Below are positions 58,384 to 64,000 of a DNA stretch of 64,000 nucleotides, one piece after another. The stretch covers positions 42,608 through 106,607 of the forward strand of contig CAVVUP010000028.1 in the NCBI GenBank assembly GCA_963751435.1, written 5' to 3'. Within the stretch, counting starts at the first letter, position 1. The number at the start of each line of letters is the position of its first letter. The stretch comes from an uncultured Verrucomicrobiae bacterium. Its GTDB lineage: Bacteria > Verrucomicrobiota > Verrucomicrobiia > Limisphaerales > DSYF01. A program made the position numbers and the translations under genes. The notes under the pieces are model-generated. The model was not told the DNA's origin. It worked only from the letters and a program-made list of their open reading frames with translations, and ran no database searches.

Positions 58384-58785
58384 TCAGTGGCGCTTGTGGC
58401 GCTTGACCTTGAGCTGGGCCAGCGAGTTGGACATGGCCGCCTTCAGCACGGCTTCCTCGTCGGTCGAAACCGTTTCCCGGAGCCGTTCCTCGGCACGACG
58501 CCGTGCTTCCTCGACTTTCGCCTCGTCGATGTTGTCCGCGCGGATCGCCATATCGGTCAGGATGGCCACACGCTCCGCGGTAATCTCGGCGAAACCCGCG
58601 CCCACTGCCAGGAGGATCTCTTCTCCGCCCCTGCGCACCGCGATTTCGCCGGGGACCAGCTGGGTCAGCAGCGGCACGTGGTTGGGGTAAATGCCCATCT
58701 CGCCCTCGATCCCCGGCAGCGTGACCATGTCGACGTTGTCCGAGTAGGTGACGGCTTCGGGGGTGATGATTTCCAGTTTGAGCAT
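58384..58785 (-). CDS. atpC: F1 ATP synthase epsilon subunit
   Basis: It reads MLKLEIITPEAVTYSDNVDMVTLPGIEGEMGIYPNHVPLLTQL... and follows atpD. Confidence 0.9.
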   Translation of the reverse strand: MLKLEIITPEAVTYSDNVDMVTLPGIEGEMGIYPNHVPLLTQLVPGEIAVRRGGEEILLAVGAGFAEITAERVAILTDMAIRADNIDEAKVEEARRRAEERLRETVSTDEEAVLKAAMSNSLAQLKVKRHKRH

Positions 58786-58866
58786 GGCCGGGGTCTCGCT
58801 TCCTTGTTCACGCAACGCGGAGCACGCAATGCCGCCTCTGGGGCATAAGGTGGTGCGTCGCGTGCA

Positions 58867-60282
<1,416 letters not shown>

Positions 60283-60313
60283 CTAAACTCGCTTTTCGTT
60301 ACCGTCGGCACAC

Positions 60314-61192
60314 TCAGCCCAGCGCCATCTGGGCGGTCGTGATCTCGAGCAACTCGCTCGTGATGTTGGCCTGACGCAGTTTGTTGTAATCCAACGTGAG
60401 ATCCTTGATGAGCTGCTTGGCATTGTCGGTGGCATTCTTCATGGCCACCATGCGCGCGCTCTGCTCGCTGGCCTTCGCGTCGAGCAGAAGCTGGTAAATC
60501 GCGTAGTTGACGAAATGCGGCAGCATCGCACCCAACACGTGCCGGGCGTCCGGCTCGAAGAGGAATTCCCTTCCCACCCGGTCTTCCACCAGGGGCTTGC
60601 CTTCGGCTTGGGCCCCCGGCTTGAACCGGCTGATGTCCGACAACGGAAGCAGGCGAAAGCCCTCGGGCTTCTGGCTGATGGTGTTGTAGAACCGGTTGTA
60701 CATCACCAGCACCTCGTCCACTTCGCCCTGACTGAACAGTTCCTGAACGCACTTGGAAATGGCCCGTGACTCGGCAAAGGTCGGCGTGTCGCTGTAAGTG
60801 AAATCCGCAGCCAGATTCCGCTTGGTCCGCCCGATAAACTGGGCGCCCTTGCGCCCGGCGCAGATGAACACCGTGTTCTCGCGGTCCATCTTGGCAACCT
60901 CCCGCAGCAGGTTGGCATTGAGCGCACCGCAGAGCCCCTTGTCCGAGGTGATTAGGAGCACGCCCGTCTTGCGGACCTCGCGCTTCTCGATCAACGGATG
61001 CGTCAGGTCTACCAGGTCCCCACCGAGGTCCGCGAGAATGCTGAGCATCAACTGAGCATACGGACGCCCCGCCAGGGCGGCCTGCTGGGCACGACGCATC
61101 TTGGACGAAGCCACCATCTGCATCGCCTTGGTGATCTTAGACGTGTTCGTGATCGACTTGATGCGTCGACGCAAATCGCGTGTGCTGGCCAT
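60314..61192 (-). CDS. atpG: F1 ATP synthase gamma subunit
   Basis: 292-aa ORF. It has MASTRDLRRRIKSITNTSKITKAMQMVASSKMRRAQ and the C-terminal ITSELLEITTAQMAL. Confidence 0.95.
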   Translation of the reverse strand: MASTRDLRRRIKSITNTSKITKAMQMVASSKMRRAQQAALAGRPYAQLMLSILADLGGDLVDLTHPLIEKREVRKTGVLLITSDKGLCGALNANLLREVAKMDRENTVFICAGRKGAQFIGRTKRNLAADFTYSDTPTFAESRAISKCVQELFSQGEVDEVLVMYNRFYNTISQKPEGFRLLPLSDISRFKPGAQAEGKPLVEDRVGREFLFEPDARHVLGAMLPHFVNYAIYQLLLDAKASEQSARMVAMKNATDNAKQLIKDLTLDYNKLRQANITSELLEITTAQMALG

Positions 61193-61194
61193 GG

Positions 61195-61767
61195 TTATGT
61201 CCTGGCGCGCCCGGCGACTCGATACCGGGGCGCGGTCTCTCTGACGTGAAATCCGATTTCGCGGCGGCTCGCTTCGCCGGTTCCCATCAACCGGCGGATC
61301 GTTTCGAAAACCTCCGCCAGGGACTGGTCGTGTCCGGCCACCCGCTCCTCCAGGTCCGCCAGCTTGGCGGCCAGTTGCCGATGCGTGCTGAGGTAATCGC
61401 GCATCCGGACGAATGCCCTGACCACTTGGACACTGGCTTGGACGGCGAGCGGGCTGTTGAGCACGCTGGCCAGCATGATGGCGCCGTGCTCGGTGAAAAC
61501 GATGGGACGATAACGCGATCCTCCTCGCCCCTTTGAGGTCACAAATTGTGACCTCAAAGCCGCAAACTCCTGAACATCAAGCTCGAAGGCGAAATCTGTC
61601 GGGAAACGATAAGCATTGCGCCTCACAGCCTGCTTGAGGTGTTTGGTGCTCACCCCGTAGATCCTTGCAAGGTCCGAATCCAGCATGACCCGCAGTCCGC
61701 GGAACTCATGGATCAACCGATCCAAGTCCGCCGATCCCTTTCTCCCCTCTAGACTGGCCATATACAT
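61195..61767 (-). CDS. ORF6N-domain (KilA-N-related DNA-binding) protein inserted between atpA and atpG
   Basis: It reads FRGLRVMLDSDLARIYGVSTKHLKQAVRRNAYRFPTDFAFEL...LRSQFVTSKGRGGSRYRPIVFTEHGAIMLASVLNSPLAVQASVQVVRAFVRMR, followed by a coiled-coil tail. The start is uncertain (ATGs at 61800, 61767 and 61761; the track uses the TTG at 61812). The stop is 2 nt before the atpG ATG. Confidence 0.8.
   Translation of the reverse strand: MYMASLEGRKGSADLDRLIHEFRGLRVMLDSDLARIYGVSTKHLKQAVRRNAYRFPTDFAFELDVQEFAALRSQFVTSKGRGGSRYRPIVFTEHGAIMLASVLNSPLAVQASVQVVRAFVRMRDYLSTHRQLAAKLADLEERVAGHDQSLAEVFETIRRLMGTGEASRREIGFHVRETAPRYRVAGRART
61531..61559. repeat. Perfect 29-bp palindrome (14+1+14) inside the ORF6N coding sequence
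   Basis: I checked ctttgaggtcacaa-a-ttgtgacctcaaag base by base. It encodes LRSQFVTSK. Confidence 0.95.
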
Positions 61768-61808
61768 GTTTGAATCAACCACCTGCAACCGGGGCACCAT
61801 GATCGGGC

Positions 61809-63346
61809 TCAACGGTAGGTCTGCTTGAATTCCGTCACCGCCGCTTTCAACGCCGCGCTCAATGCGTCGTCCAAGGCGCCTTTGGCACGGATCTGATCCA
61901 GCAGGTCGGTTTTGCGGGTCGTGAGGTAATCGCTGAGTTTCGCCTGGAAATCTTTCACCTTGTCCACCGGGACGTCGTCCAGCAGTTCATTCTGGACCGT
62001 CCACAGCGTGGCCACCTGCACCTCGACGGTGATCGGGCGGTATTGCGGCTGTTTGAACAGTTCCACAATGCGTTTGCCCCGCTCCAGCCGCTTCTGAGTG
62101 GCCGCGTCCAAGTCCGATCCAAACTGGGCAAAGGCGGCCAGCTCGCGGTACTGCGCCAGCTCCAGCTTGATGCGACCGGCCACCTGCTTCATGGCCTTCA
62201 CCTGCGCCGCCGAGCCCACGCGGGACACGGAGATACCGACGTTGATCGCCGGACGAACGCCCTGGTAGAACAGGTCGGTTTCCAGGAAGATCTGGCCGTC
62301 CGTGATCGAGATCACGTTGGTCGGGATGTAGGCGGACACGTCGCCCGCCTGCGTTTCAATGATCGGGCAGCGCGGTCAGTGAACCGTTTCCATTCGCCTC
62401 ATTCAACCGGGCGGACCGCTCCAGCAATCGGCTGTGCAGGTAGAACACGTCGCCGGGATACGCCTCGCGACCGGACGGACGTTTCAACACCAGCGACACC
62501 TGCCGGTAGGCCTGCGCTTGCTTGGACAAGTCATCGTAAATGATCAGCGCGTCCATCCCGTTGTCCATGAACCATTCGCCCATCGGCGCAGCCGGCGAAG
62601 GGCGCGAGGTACTGGCTGGTGGCGGAGTCGGACGCGGCGGCCACGACAACGATGCGAATACTTCAGCGCACCGTGCTCCTCCAGCGTCGGCGATGACGCG
62701 CGCGATGTTCGACTGCTTCTGCCCAATGGCGACGTAGATGGAGTAGAGCGGACGGTAATCCTTGTCGCCGCGCTCCTCGGCCACCTGGTTCAGGCGCGCG
62801 TTGCTGATCATCGTGTCCACGCAGACGGTGGTCTTGCCGGTGGAACGGTCGCCGATGATCAATTCGCGCTGGCCACGGCCGATCGGGAATCATCGCGTCG
62901 ACGGCCATGATGCCGGTCTGGACCGGCTGGCTGACGGACTTCCGTTTGATGATGCCAGGGGCGATCTTCTCGACCGGATAGTAGGTGTCGGTCTGGATCG
63001 GGCCCTTGCCATCGACCGGGCGGCCGAGCGTATCCACCACGCGGCCGAGCATGACCTTGCCGACGGGCACGGAAAGCAGCTTCCCGGTGGTCTTGACCTC
63101 CAGCCCTTCCTTGACGCCGAGGTAATCGCCCAGGATCACGGCGCCCACCTCGGTTTCCTCGAGGTTCAACGCCAGCCCCATGACCCCGTGTCCGAAGTCG
63201 ATCATCTCGTTCAGCATCACGTCGGCCAGGCCTTCGATCTTGGCCACGCCGTCGCCGACTTCACGGACGACCCCGACATTTTGCTTCAAGGTGGTCTGTT
63301 TGACCCCGGCGATTTGGGCTTCAATTTCCTGCAACAGATTGCTCAT
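61809..63346 (-). pseudogene. atpA: F1 ATP synthase alpha subunit, reading frame broken at >=5 places between ~62345 and ~62885
   Basis: There are three main ORF pieces (62663..63346, 62356..62862, 61809..62339) plus a 62544..62726 piece ([10 protein letters not shown]). My hand translation restores AVDAMIP|[18 protein letters not shown]...ARVIA|[11 protein letters not shown]|[23 protein letters not shown]|[23 protein letters not shown]...SLTALP|[28 protein letters not shown] if single extra bases are removed. Confidence 0.9.
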
Positions 63347-63367
63347 AGCTTTCTCTTCAATCGATCT

Positions 63368-63760
63368 CTAAAAACTTTGCTCCAGCGCGGCCAGGCGCGC
63401 TTCCACGCTGCCGTCATACACATCGCTGCCCACCCGGATGCGCAACCCGCCCAGCAGGTCCGGGTTCCGGATGAACTCGAACGTCAGGCCCGCTCCATAA
63501 AGCACCTCCAGCCGGGCTTTGACCTGGTCCTGTTGGGCGGCATCGAGCGGCGTCGGGCTTTCCACACGGGCCGAGCGCCGGTCGACCTCCAGTTTCACGA
63601 GTCGCTGGAAGTGGTTGAGGGAGGCCAGCCAGCCGCGCGGCTTCTGTTCCAGCACCAGGCGCACCGTGTCGCGCACCCGGGCCTCGTCCAGGCGGCCCTG
63701 CACGAAGCAGCGTCGATAGAGCTGCTTGCCGTCGCGGCGGGATTGTTTGGAACTCTTCAT
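63368..63760 (-). CDS. atpH: F1 ATP synthase delta (OSCP) subunit, short form
   Basis: 130-aa ORF. It has the C-terminal OSCP motif NPDLLGGLRIRVGSDVYDGSVEARL and sits between atpF and atpA. Confidence 0.75.
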   Translation of the reverse strand: MKSSKQSRRDGKQLYRRCFVQGRLDEARVRDTVRLVLEQKPRGWLASLNHFQRLVKLEVDRRSARVESPTPLDAAQQDQVKARLEVLYGAGLTFEFIRNPDLLGGLRIRVGSDVYDGSVEARLAALEQSF

Positions 63761-63776
63761 TCAGGTTCCAGGGTGA

Positions 63777-64000
63777 TCAGGCTGAAATCTGGCGGGTGGT
63801 CTCCTCGACCAGGCGTTTCTGATCCTCCGGGGTGAGCACTTTTCCGGTCACCGTCACCGTGGTCTGAACCACCAGCCGTCCGATTTCCTTCTTCAGGTCG
63901 GCCAGCATGCGCGCGTGGTCCTGCAGGGCCGCCTCGCGAGCCTTGGCGAGGATCTGTTCAGCCGAGGCGACAGCTTTTTGGGATTCCTGTTCCCGCAACT
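63777..64000 (-). CDS. atpF: Fo ATP synthase b subunit, C-terminal part (gene continues beyond window end)
   Basis: It has a charged coiled-coil sequence (AEQILAKAREAALQDHARMLADLKKEIGRLVVQTT) in the position upstream of atpH. Confidence 0.6.
   Translation of the reverse strand, partial: LREQESQKAVASAEQILAKAREAALQDHARMLADLKKEIGRLVVQTTVTVTGKVLTPEDQKRLVEETTRQISA

Noticed and set aside
62340-62890. Programmed ribosomal frameshifting or an intein/intron in atpA
   Set aside because: There are five separate single-base events, with no slippery heptamer or downstream structure. The protein sequence is fully contiguous once single bases are removed, so no inserted element is present.

Overview
High-GC bacterial chromosomal segment. 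The gene content (PEP-CTERM tail, giant autotransporter-associated beta-strand-repeat proteins, dense secreted CAZymes) suggests a Verrucomicrobiota-like organism; this is inference only, since no database search was possible. Layout:

- **1-28.2 kb:** a tightly packed, co-directional minus-strand glycan-degradation cluster. It holds GH78 and GH78-like rhamnosidases, two GH106-like enzymes, GH127, two GH43 modules, GH29, an alpha-galactosidase-like module, a CE4 esterase and an AraA-like isomerase.
- **28.2-29.3 kb:** a non-coding leader carrying a 172-bp tandem repeat.
- **29.3-42.6 kb:** four large secreted or surface proteins. One (34.1-39.5 kb) is broken by about 7 frameshifts and carries an HExxH module. 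One 937-aa protein has no family I can name.
- **42.8-45.8 kb:** a small conserved protein, a XylR-type regulator and gap.
- **46.1-50.1 kb:** a nest of mobile DNA. It contains a RAYT-like HUH transposase bounded by inverted REP-like hairpins with a 143-bp tandem duplication of its 5' end. Beside it is an IS110-family element whose transposase gene is split after codon 8 by a complete IS256-family element with an 8-bp target duplication.
- **50.7-56.1 kb:** lspA, rluD, an ECF sigma/anti-sigma pair, DUF192 and a PQQ-like propeller.
- **56.3-58.4 kb:** a clear SAM-I (S-box) riboswitch in front of a ThrC-like / MoaD-ThiS(GG) / NIL-domain operon. I think this is the most interesting system here: a candidate thiocarboxylate-dependent homocysteine (methionine) route.
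- **58.4-64.0 kb:** an F1Fo ATP synthase operon. An ORF6N-domain gene is wedged between atpA and atpG, and atpA carries at least 5 frameshifts.

Across the window I count at least 18 reading-frame disruptions. They could be sequence or assembly indel errors or real gene decay, and only read-level data can decide. No rRNA, tRNA or CRISPR array was seen.
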